Source: Verrucomicrobiota bacterium (GTDB lineage Bacteria; Verrucomicrobiota; Verrucomicrobiia; Opitutales; Cerasicoccaceae). From it: a stretch of DNA of 64,000 nt. Location: NCBI GenBank assembly GCA_039818205.1, contig JBCBUK010000001.1:288001-352000 (forward strand), read 5' to 3'. Within the stretch, counting starts at the first letter, position 1, and each line of letters begins with the position of its first letter. Below the pieces are notes generated by a model. It ran no database searches, was not told the DNA's origin, and saw only the letters and a list, made by a program, of their open reading frames with translations. Below, piece by piece: positions 1 to 8,169 of the stretch. Position numbers and translations under genes: made by a program.

Positions 1-56
1 CTGCCAGCGCCCAGAAAAGCGCCATGGTAAACAGCGCCTGGCGTAATCCAACCTGC

Positions 57-1163
57 CTAGCCGACCAGTCCACCGGTGCTGAGGAAGATTCCCTTGAGGT
101 TCATTTCCAACGCCTTTGGATTTGGCGATGCCTTTAGTCCGTCCGCCTTCGATACGAAACCTGCTTTAATCAAGCGGTATAGGTCGCGATTGAAGGATTT
201 CGAGCCGGTCTCATCCCCGTTGTCGATAACGTTGTTAATTTTCTGAAACTCACCGTCCTCGATGACATTGCGGCCCAAACTATCGATCACAAAGAGCTCC
301 ACACAAGGGACACGACCGCCTTCGATGCCCGGAATCAGCTTCTGGGTGATGGTGCCGCGCAAGGTGCTAGCAATTTGGCGGCGCATCGAGTGCTGCTGTT
401 CAACCGGGAAAAACTCGAACAGACGCTGAACGGCCTGCTGAGCGCTACCCGCGTGCAAGGTACCAAATACAAGGTGACCCGTTTCTGCCGCGTGCAGCGC
501 AGTCTCAAACGTCGCCCGGTCCCGCATCTCACCAATGAGAATGACGTCGGGGTCCTGACGAAGAACAGCTTTCAACCCAAGTTGGAAGGATGGAGAATCA
601 ATCCCGATTTCACGCTGATTGAATACCGACTTTTTATCGGTGTAGTTAAATTCAATCGGGTCTTCCAGGGTGACAATGTGCTTGTCAAAATTGGCGTTGA
701 TGTGGTCCAACATCGCAGCGAGCGTCGAACTTTTACCGGAACCCGTCGCACCGCATACCAGAACGATCCCATCTCGGTGATCACAGAATTTCTTAAACTG
801 GTCCGGGTCGTGATTGAGGTCCTCAAAAGTCGGCGGTGTATCCTTAACGTGCCGGAAAACGATACTGGGGACACCCCGTTGATAAAAACCATTTACCCGG
901 AAGCGGCCGAGCCCAAGTTCATCAAGGTCGTAACAATAGTCGACCTGGTTGTCGTTCTTCCAATTTTCATAGAACTGCTCGGGAACGCTCTGCTCGATAA
1001 ACTCCAAAATCTGATCATGGTTTAAGGGGTCCATGTCCACCGGTTCCAAGTGACCATGGAGCCGCAAATAAGCGGGCTTCTCAGTTTTAATGTGGATATC
1101 ACTGGCGCCGTTTTCCACGGCAAGTTGCAGAAGACTATTAAATAATTCGATGGACTCGGACAT
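57..1163 (-). CDS. pilT: Type IV pilus retraction ATPase, PilT/PilU family
   Basis: Walker A GATGSGKSST, Asp box LEDPIE, Walker B region LRQDPDVILIGEMRD, His box TGHLVFGTLH, N-terminal ASDIHI. Confidence 0.9.
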   Translation of the reverse strand: MSESIELFNSLLQLAVENGASDIHIKTEKPAYLRLHGHLEPVDMDPLNHDQILEFIEQSVPEQFYENWKNDNQVDYCYDLDELGLGRFRVNGFYQRGVPSIVFRHVKDTPPTFEDLNHDPDQFKKFCDHRDGIVLVCGATGSGKSSTLAAMLDHINANFDKHIVTLEDPIEFNYTDKKSVFNQREIGIDSPSFQLGLKAVLRQDPDVILIGEMRDRATFETALHAAETGHLVFGTLHAGSAQQAVQRLFEFFPVEQQHSMRRQIASTLRGTITQKLIPGIEGGRVPCVELFVIDSLGRNVIEDGEFQKINNVIDNGDETGSKSFNRDLYRLIKAGFVSKADGLKASPNPKALEMNLKGIFLSTGGLVG

Positions 1164-1261
1164 GATGCAGGAATGAGTTTTGCAGAATACCGTTGTCAGC
1201 GACGCCTACTTGTCGATAAGTAGCCGCACACAAACAAAAGAAACATTATATTTCACAGAGA

Positions 1262-2149
1262 ATGAACACAACTCAATTCTCAGGCGTCCACACCGCCCTG
1301 ATAACCCCCCTGACCAATGGCGCTGTCGCCTACGATGAGCTGAGCGCTTTGGTCGAAAAACAGGTTGCTGAGGGAATCAATGGATTGGTCGCCGTGGGCA
1401 CAACGGGAGAGTCTCCCACTTTGGATCACAACGAACATGGCCAGGTTATTCGCACCGTCGCAGAAGCCGCCGCGGGCCGCGTACCCGTCCTCGCTGGAAC
1501 GGGCTCCAACTCCACTGCGGAGGCGGTATCGCTAACCAAAGGAGCGGATGCCACCGACGCAACGGGCATGTTGGTTGTCGCACCCTACTATAATAAGCCC
1601 AGCCAGGAAGGACTATTCCGCCACTTTTCCGCGATCGCCGAAGCCACTGAGAAGGCCATTATCCTTTATTCGATCCCGGGTCGCTGTGGCATCGATATCA
1701 GCGTGGACACCTGTGCGCGCCTTTACGAGAAGTATCCCCATGTCTGCGGCATCAAAGAAGCTGGTGGTAAGTCTTCGCGAGTTGCGGACCTCGTCCAAAA
1801 GCTCGGTTCGGAGTATTTGATTCTTTCGGGTGACGACGGCCTCATCTTGCCATTCATGTCGTTTGGCGCGCGTGGAGTCATAAGTGTGGCATCCAACCTC
1901 GTCGTGAAGGAACTCGTGGCGATGGTTCAGCTGGCCCTCGGCAACGATTTTGCCGCAGCGGAAAAGATCAACCGACGCTTTCAACCACTTTTTGGCGACC
2001 TCTTCATCGAGCCCAATCCGGTGCCCGTGAAGGTAGCAATGCACCGTGCTGGAATCATTTCATCGCCCGAAGTGCGTTTGCCTCTGTGCGAAATGAGTGA
2101 TGCCAACCGCGACCGCTTGTTCGCTACGCTCGACCAACTCAGCCTGTAG
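1262..2149 (+). CDS. dapA: 4-hydroxy-tetrahydrodipicolinate synthase
   Basis: GTTGESPTL, GTGSNST, PYYNKPSQEG, ILYSIPGR, catalytic Lys in GIKEA, EPNPVPVK; directly upstream of dapB. Confidence 0.96.
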   Translation: MNTTQFSGVHTALITPLTNGAVAYDELSALVEKQVAEGINGLVAVGTTGESPTLDHNEHGQVIRTVAEAAAGRVPVLAGTGSNSTAEAVSLTKGADATDATGMLVVAPYYNKPSQEGLFRHFSAIAEATEKAIILYSIPGRCGIDISVDTCARLYEKYPHVCGIKEAGGKSSRVADLVQKLGSEYLILSGDDGLILPFMSFGARGVISVASNLVVKELVAMVQLALGNDFAAAEKINRRFQPLFGDLFIEPNPVPVKVAMHRAGIISSPEVRLPLCEMSDANRDRLFATLDQLSL

Positions 2150-2155
2150 ACTCTT

Positions 2156-2890
2156 ATGCCAATCAAAGTCTTACTTGTCGGTTCCAACGGCCGCATGGGC
2201 CAGGCCATTAGCCGAGTCGCTCCAGATTGCGACGTTGAAATCATCAGCGCCTGCGACCAAGGCGACGACCCTGCAAGCTGCATTGATCTGTGCGATGTGG
2301 TGGTCGACTTTTCGTTTCACGAGGTCACCCCAGGCATCGCCAAGCTGGCGGCCGAGAAAGGTAAGCCAATGGTCATCGGAGCCACTGGACATACCCTCGC
2401 AGAGCGCGAGCAAATCCTGGAAGCCGCGAAATCAATTCCCATGGTCTGGGCGGGCAATTTCTCGATTGGCGTCAACGTGCTTTTCCACCTGGTTGGTAAA
2501 GCAGCTGAGTTGCTTTCGGCCGAATATGAGGCCGAGATCATCGAAAAGCACCACCACAGCAAGATCGATTCACCTAGTGGCACCGCCGAGCGTTTGATCG
2601 AACGCGTGTTGGAAGCCCGCAAGCTCACCCGTGATAATCTGCAGCACGGTCGCGAAGGCAACGTCGGTGCCCGCCCTCAGGACGAAGTCGGTGTCCACGC
2701 CATTCGTGGTGGTAGCATCGTCGGCGATCATGAAGTACTCTTTGCTGGACCCTTTGAGCGCGTGTCACTTTCCCACCATGCGGAGGACCGGGGAATTTTT
2801 GCTCGTGGCGCATTGAGCGCCGCCCATTGGGTGGTCGGCAAAGCACCAGCCTGTTACAACATGGAAGATGTCCTAGGGCTGCGGGATTAA
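2156..2890 (+). CDS. dapB: 4-hydroxy-tetrahydrodipicolinate reductase
   Basis: GSNGRMG nucleotide-binding motif, NFSIGVN, EKHHHSKIDSPSGTA signature, FARGAL. Confidence 0.96.
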   Translation: MPIKVLLVGSNGRMGQAISRVAPDCDVEIISACDQGDDPASCIDLCDVVVDFSFHEVTPGIAKLAAEKGKPMVIGATGHTLAEREQILEAAKSIPMVWAGNFSIGVNVLFHLVGKAAELLSAEYEAEIIEKHHHSKIDSPSGTAERLIERVLEARKLTRDNLQHGREGNVGARPQDEVGVHAIRGGSIVGDHEVLFAGPFERVSLSHHAEDRGIFARGALSAAHWVVGKAPACYNMEDVLGLRD

Positions 2891-2893
2891 ACC

Positions 2894-3499
2894 ATGATTG
2901 CCTACCTTCAAGGCCAGCTGGCCGACGCGACTCCTATCAGCGCAATCATCGACGTCAACGGTGTCGGTTACGCGTTGGCGATTCCCGTGACGACCGCCGA
3001 AAAGCTTCCTGCGATCGGAAAAACTGTCAAACTCTGGACGGTCCCCGTCTACCGCGAAGACACCCAAGCCCTTTACGGTTTCGCCACCGAAGACGAGCGG
3101 GATTTTTTCCGCCTGCTCGTCGAAAAAGTATCTGGGATTGGTCCACGCATCGCCGTGAGTATCTTGAGCAAGCTCAGCGTGCCTATGCTGCGACAGGCGA
3201 TTAGCGACGGCGACGTAGCATTGCTTTCGAAGTGTCCGGGAATCGGGAAAAAAACGGCAGAACGCCTCGTCATCGAGTTGAAGGACAAGGTTGGACTCCC
3301 AGCATCGACAACCACCGAACCCATCCTAGGGAGCGAAAGTCAAAGCCCTGAGTCCTCCAGCTTCCAGGACGCCGTTTCCGCTCTCCTGGCCCTTGGATAT
3401 AAACTTGCCGATGCCGACAAGTCCGTGCGTAAGGCATCAAAAAAACTCGGAGACGATGCGTCTACCGAAGAACTGATTCGCGGAGCCCTGAGTTCCTGA
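2894..3499 (+). CDS. ruvA: Holliday junction branch migration protein RuvA
   Basis: IDVNGVGY, REDTQALYGF, HhH motifs VSGIGP and PGIGKKTAERL, C-terminal ALLALGY domain. Confidence 0.96.
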   Translation: MIAYLQGQLADATPISAIIDVNGVGYALAIPVTTAEKLPAIGKTVKLWTVPVYREDTQALYGFATEDERDFFRLLVEKVSGIGPRIAVSILSKLSVPMLRQAISDGDVALLSKCPGIGKKTAERLVIELKDKVGLPASTTTEPILGSESQSPESSSFQDAVSALLALGYKLADADKSVRKASKKLGDDASTEELIRGALSS

Positions 3500-3503
3500 A
3501 TCG

Positions 3504-4244
3504 CTAGTAAGCGAACTCAATCGTTACCATGCTCCCGAAGCTGGTTTCTTCCACGAGCACGATTGGAGCGGTTGAACCTGGGATCTGGCGAAACGGAATT
3601 TGAACTTCACGGCGGTCAAGCAGAGAACTCGGTTCTGGCATACCCGGATTGATTGAATCCAAGGCGTCTCCTAATGAAAGCAAATTGCTTTCGCTCACAA
3701 CCTGAACCGGTTGAACGTAGACTTCTCCACGGTTTTCCAGAGAAACCAGCGCGATCGTTCGGCCCGCTTCGTCCCGCAACAAGCGGGCACTCGAGATCGG
3801 AACATTCAATTGAGCCTCAAGCTGACGGCGCAGTTCCAAATTCTGGGATTGGGCAAGATCAGCTTCAGGACCCGCTTCGACCTCAAGGCTCTCGACGGAA
3901 TCGCGGTAGAGGAAGCCCACCGTAAAAGCGATCGCGATCGTGGCGGCGGAAAATTGTGCCATCAGGACCATGCCCTTTCGCCGTTCCTCAAAACGCAAAC
4001 GCGCCTCATTGAACGCGTGAGCGGCACGTTCAGAAATCGAACAACGCTTAGCGGATTGGTTAACGTCGTCACCGCAAAGGAGCGACAAAGCCTTCTTTTC
4101 CGCTTCGTGAACGCAACGAAGGTCTTGAAACTCTTTCTTGCGTTGCGGATCCGACAATTCGCGCCGTAAACACTCTAGATCGCGAGGGCTAATCTCACGA
4201 TCCAGATACAAATTCACGAGTTGCTTGAATCGCGCGTTGGTCAT
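3504..4244 (-). CDS. Putative membrane-anchored anti-sigma factor
   Basis: ATGA-coupled to the upstream ECF sigma gene; N-terminal LVNLYLDREIS resembles an anti-sigma domain helix; one central TM segment (FSAATIAIAFTVGFLY). Confidence 0.65.
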   Translation of the reverse strand: MTNARFKQLVNLYLDREISPRDLECLRRELSDPQRKKEFQDLRCVHEAEKKALSLLCGDDVNQSAKRCSISERAAHAFNEARLRFEERRKGMVLMAQFSAATIAIAFTVGFLYRDSVESLEVEAGPEADLAQSQNLELRRQLEAQLNVPISSARLLRDEAGRTIALVSLENRGEVYVQPVQVVSESNLLSLGDALDSINPGMPEPSSLLDRREVQIPFRQIPGSTAPIVLVEETSFGSMVTIEFAY

Positions 4245-4843
4245 TCAAAGTCACGGCCCAATTTTTCGCGTAGGCTGTCGCGGGCCCGGGCGATGCGGCT
4301 TTTGACCGTGCCCACGCTGATATTCAATTCCTCAGCAATCTCCTCGTAAGAAAGGTTATATACGTTCCGCAATTCGAGGATCTCACGATGCTTCGGGTTC
4401 AAATCTTTCATCCGATTGGAAACCTCTTGGACGAACTCGTTCGTCAAGGTAGCTTCTCCGGGATTCTCCCCCTCAGCTGGCAAGATATCCTCCAGCGTAG
4501 ATGCGGTATCGTCGCCAAGCTGCTGATCCAAAGAAACAGATGCGCTGCGTTTGCGACGAAACCAATACCAATACCGATTGTGCGAAAGATTCGTTGCAAT
4601 CTGGTAGAGCCAAGTTGAAAAAGACGAATCCCCCCGGAAACTCTCCAACCCCCGTTGTGCCCGGACAAACGTATCCTGAGCAATCTCTTCAGCGTCTTCA
4701 CGGTTCTTCAAAAGATGGAAGGCGCGTGCGAAAATCCTGTCCCAATAGCGAACAACGACTTCGTTAAAGGCTGCAGCATCCCCACTGCGGTATCGCTCCA
4801 GCAATGCCGAATCTATCTGAGCCTGTTCATTTCTTTCAGTCAT
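4241..4843 (-). CDS. ECF (sigma-70 family) RNA polymerase sigma factor
   Basis: Region 2 DAEEIAQDTF...FRGDSSFSTWLYQIATN; region 4 LSYEEIAEELNISVGTVKSRIARAR; ATG 4843 preferred, GTG 4885 possible. Confidence 0.93.
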   Translation of the reverse strand: MTERNEQAQIDSALLERYRSGDAAAFNEVVVRYWDRIFARAFHLLKNREDAEEIAQDTFVRAQRGLESFRGDSSFSTWLYQIATNLSHNRYWYWFRRKRSASVSLDQQLGDDTASTLEDILPAEGENPGEATLTNEFVQEVSNRMKDLNPKHREILELRNVYNLSYEEIAEELNISVGTVKSRIARARDSLREKLGRDFE

Positions 4844-4930
4844 AGATACTAACTGAGAGTTCTTAGAAGTAATTTTGTTCCCCACAATACATTCAATATA
4901 TCAGGTGCACAAGAAAAACTCAAATGCGAC

Positions 4931-4964
4931 AAACGCCTTTTACGGCTAACCGTAAAAGACGTTT
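4931..4964 (-). terminator. Hairpin downstream of the GH105 gene (possible terminator)
   Basis: 15-bp inverted repeat AAACGTCTTTTACGG-TTAG-CCGTAAAAGGCGTTT on the minus strand with one G:U pair; weak U-tract. Confidence 0.5.
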
Positions 4965-5074
4965 ATCTGTCAGCAATCTCATTACCCCCTAATAACTACT
5001 GACTATCAATAACTTATAAAACAAGGCCAACCAATGGTCAGCCATAGACTATTTGAGACTAGTTATCAAAAACT

Positions 5075-6274
5075 TTACAATTGAGCACTCTGATCACTCT
5101 TAACGAGCTTATAAACCTCGGTTCCTGCGGCCAGAAAGGCGCCGACGCCATAAACCTCGCTCTTATCGGGATGCGAATCACCTGGCGCCGCTCCAACAGG
5201 CTGGACATAGCCAAGGAGGCCATCTTCCCGAACTTCCTTGGTGAGCGCATCCCAGGCCCTGAAAATTACCGGTTCGTATTCTTTCCGATCTAAAATCCCA
5301 TAATTAATCCCCCAGGCCAGGCCATAGGCGAAGAATGCAGTGCCACTGGTCTCAACAACCGGATAACCATCGGTTCCGCCCAGCAAGCCCATGGACCAGG
5401 TGCCGTCGGGACGCTGGATCTCTTTGAGACGGGCCGCCATCTGCGTATAAAGATCGACGTAAAACTGCCGGCCTTGCCAGTCCTTGGGGAGGTCCGGAAT
5501 CATCAACGCAAGGCCACCAAAAACCCAACCATTGCCGCGGGACCAGAAAATCTTCTCCCCGTTCTTCTCGCGTTTGGTGAAAAAGCTGGAATCACGCCAA
5601 AAGAGGCTCTCGTCCTCATCCCAGAGGAGATCATAGGACGCATGATACTCTTGGTCCATGAAGTCCAGATAGCGTTGGTCACCAGTAACTTTTGCCAGAC
5701 GCGCCCACACGGGTGGGGCCATGAACAAGGCATCACACCACCCCCAGCGGTCGTGAGCATCAGTTGGCTCCGCGTTCCAAACGAGCGTGCCGGTTTTGGG
5801 ATTGGCCAAAATCCAATCGAAACGTTCGCGGGTTGGAGTGATCATCTTCTCCTCGCCGGTATCTTCGTAAAGATTCAAGTAAAATTGCCCGACGGTATGG
5901 TCATCCGCATGATATTTACGCCAGTGAAGCACCCAATCATTGCGATCACCGATCGTTGTTAGCCACTCAGCATACTTAGGATCGTTGGCAATTGTGCTCC
6001 ACTCATACATTCCCGCGTAAAGAGCGCCCATGTGCCAGGTGCGGTCATGGTATTTTTCGAAAGTAAACTCACCACTATCGTATTTCTTCTGGTGCCAGGT
6101 TGAAACCGCCCGGAACTTGTGGGACTCCTCGAAGGTTTCGATTTGCCAGTCAGCAACACGCTTAGTGATTTCTTTGACTGCCTCTGGAGTCGGCGCAGCC
6201 TGCGCCTGGAGGGCTGGAGCGAGCACCAAAATCGCTAAGCTCAAAATCGGGGTCTTGTTTATTGCTTTTTTCAT
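5075..6274 (-). CDS. Glycoside hydrolase family 105 (GH88/105 unsaturated glycuronyl hydrolase-like), secreted
   Basis: HADDHTVGQ, WGWCDALFMAPP, FWSRGNGW, ETSGTAFF, YVQPVG, YGVGAFL motifs; signal peptide from MKKAINK (ATG 6274). Confidence 0.9.
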   Translation of the reverse strand: MKKAINKTPILSLAILVLAPALQAQAAPTPEAVKEITKRVADWQIETFEESHKFRAVSTWHQKKYDSGEFTFEKYHDRTWHMGALYAGMYEWSTIANDPKYAEWLTTIGDRNDWVLHWRKYHADDHTVGQFYLNLYEDTGEEKMITPTRERFDWILANPKTGTLVWNAEPTDAHDRWGWCDALFMAPPVWARLAKVTGDQRYLDFMDQEYHASYDLLWDEDESLFWRDSSFFTKREKNGEKIFWSRGNGWVFGGLALMIPDLPKDWQGRQFYVDLYTQMAARLKEIQRPDGTWSMGLLGGTDGYPVVETSGTAFFAYGLAWGINYGILDRKEYEPVIFRAWDALTKEVREDGLLGYVQPVGAAPGDSHPDKSEVYGVGAFLAAGTEVYKLVKSDQSAQL

Positions 6275-6603
6275 AGGCTTGATTGAGGAAATTTCGAACC
6301 GACCTGGCAGGTACCGAGAAAGAATAGCGCTCGGCAAAGTATCTTAAGATACCCATCGATACGATCGTTCGAGGTTATATTCGTTGATTCACGACTGCCG
6401 AGGACGTCCGATCAACTTACTGCATATCCGCAATACTAATCAATTTTTTCCGCATTCGCCATACCACTTCACCGACAAAAAGTAGCCATTTTGCGACTCA
6501 AAAGTTTCCGAAAAAGAATTGAGCTCAAGACCGCGACCCGCCTTGCTACTAAAAGCTTGGACAAAGGTCTAGTTGACTGAAACCCAAATCCCTAAATATA
6601 CGC

Positions 6604-8169
6604 ATGATTGATCGACTTACCTCATTCCGCACCCTTGCTTGCACACTCCTTTTGGGAGTATTAGGAAGCGGAATCGCCCACGCGGACGTAACGCTCCCCA
6701 CCCTCTTCGGTGACAACATGGTGCTGCAACAGCAAACCAACAACAAGGTTTGGGGCACGGCTGATCCCGGCGAAGCCATCACCGTGACGTTTGCCGACCA
6801 GAAACATGAAGCGGTGGCCGACGAATCGGGCGACTGGTATGTTGAGCTAGATCCCGTAACTGGGAGCAATGACCCTCACGAACTTAAGATCAGCGGAAAC
6901 AACGAGCTCAAGTTCACCAATGTACTGGTTGGTGAAGTCTGGCTGTGCTCCGGTCAGTCCAACATGCAATGGAGTGTGGCGCACTCCAACGACCATGACC
7001 TGACTTTGCTTACCCAGCGCAGTCCGAACATTCGACTCATCCAAGTACCCCTGGTCGGAACGCAGGAGCCTCAATCGGATTTCAAGGGAGCCTGGCGAGC
7101 CGCGGACGACGAAAACCTTCGCTGGTTCAGCGCAGTCGGGTTCTACTTCGGCCAGACTTTGAACGATGTTCTGGATGTCCCAGTCGGGCTCATCATGTCG
7201 AGTTGGGGTGGCTCACCAGCGGAATCCTGGATGGCTCGCGAGGTTCTCGAGCAGAATGAAATCCACGACTACTTACTTCAGGAATGGGACCAGAAAGCGA
7301 AAGAGCCCTATGACGTGGAAGCAGCAGAACTACTCTTCCAAGAGGAACTGGCCGCGTGGAAAACCCAAGTCGAGGAAGCCGAAAAGAACAATCGTATTCC
7401 CCCTTCCCGACCCTGGAAAAAGCCCAATCCCCTCGAAGGCCAACACCGTCCGTCCAACTGCTACAACGGAATGATCAAACCACTTGTTGGCTATGGCATG
7501 CGGGGCTGTATCTGGTATCAAGGCGAGTCCAATACCTGGAAGGCGAACCACTACGACACGACGTTCGCCATGCTTATAGAATCCTGGCGGGACGAATGGG
7601 GTATCGGTGATTTCTCATTTTACTGGGTGAACCTGGCCGACTACGCGACTTCGGATTCCTGGAAGGGAAACCACAAGTGGCCCTATCTGCGCGAGGCACA
7701 AACAAAAACTCTGAGCCTTCCTAATACTGGAGAAGCCGTTACCATCGATTTAGGTGAAGCCAACGACATCCACCCGCGGGACAAGGAAGCCGTCGGCCGG
7801 AGACTTGCGCGCATTGCGTTGGCCCAGGACTACGGCTACAAAAAGCTCCCCTATCTCAACCCCAAGTATGAAAGCATGAGCGTCTCCGGAAATAAGATCA
7901 CCCTGAAGTTCGTCGACGTCGGCCAGGGCTTGAAGACCGTTGACAACGACCAGCCGCTTGGCTTCACGATTGCCGGAAAAGATAAAGAATTCATCCCGGC
8001 AAGTGCGAATATCGTAAACCGCGACACGATTGAGGTATGGAGCGACCGCGTTAGCAAGCCCGTTGCCGTCCGCTATGCCTGGGAAGACAATCCAACCTGC
8101 AATGTATACAGCTTGGAGCGCTTGCCCCTCACCCCGTTTCGGACGGATAATTGGGCCTGGCCCTTCTAA
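6604..8169 (+). CDS. Sialate O-acetylesterase family (SASA/SGNH) esterase, secreted
   Basis: LFGDNMVLQQ, GEVWLCSGQSNM, WGGS, IWYQGESN, DIHP, VAVRYAW, LPLTPFRTD; signal peptide. Confidence 0.92.
   Translation: MIDRLTSFRTLACTLLLGVLGSGIAHADVTLPTLFGDNMVLQQQTNNKVWGTADPGEAITVTFADQKHEAVADESGDWYVELDPVTGSNDPHELKISGNNELKFTNVLVGEVWLCSGQSNMQWSVAHSNDHDLTLLTQRSPNIRLIQVPLVGTQEPQSDFKGAWRAADDENLRWFSAVGFYFGQTLNDVLDVPVGLIMSSWGGSPAESWMAREVLEQNEIHDYLLQEWDQKAKEPYDVEAAELLFQEELAAWKTQVEEAEKNNRIPPSRPWKKPNPLEGQHRPSNCYNGMIKPLVGYGMRGCIWYQGESNTWKANHYDTTFAMLIESWRDEWGIGDFSFYWVNLADYATSDSWKGNHKWPYLREAQTKTLSLPNTGEAVTIDLGEANDIHPRDKEAVGRRLARIALAQDYGYKKLPYLNPKYESMSVSGNKITLKFVDVGQGLKTVDNDQPLGFTIAGKDKEFIPASANIVNRDTIEVWSDRVSKPVAVRYAWEDNPTCNVYSLERLPLTPFRTDNWAWPF

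Noticed and set aside
1..56. Possible start of a minus-strand gene downstream of pilT
   Set aside because: Too little sequence at the window edge to call.
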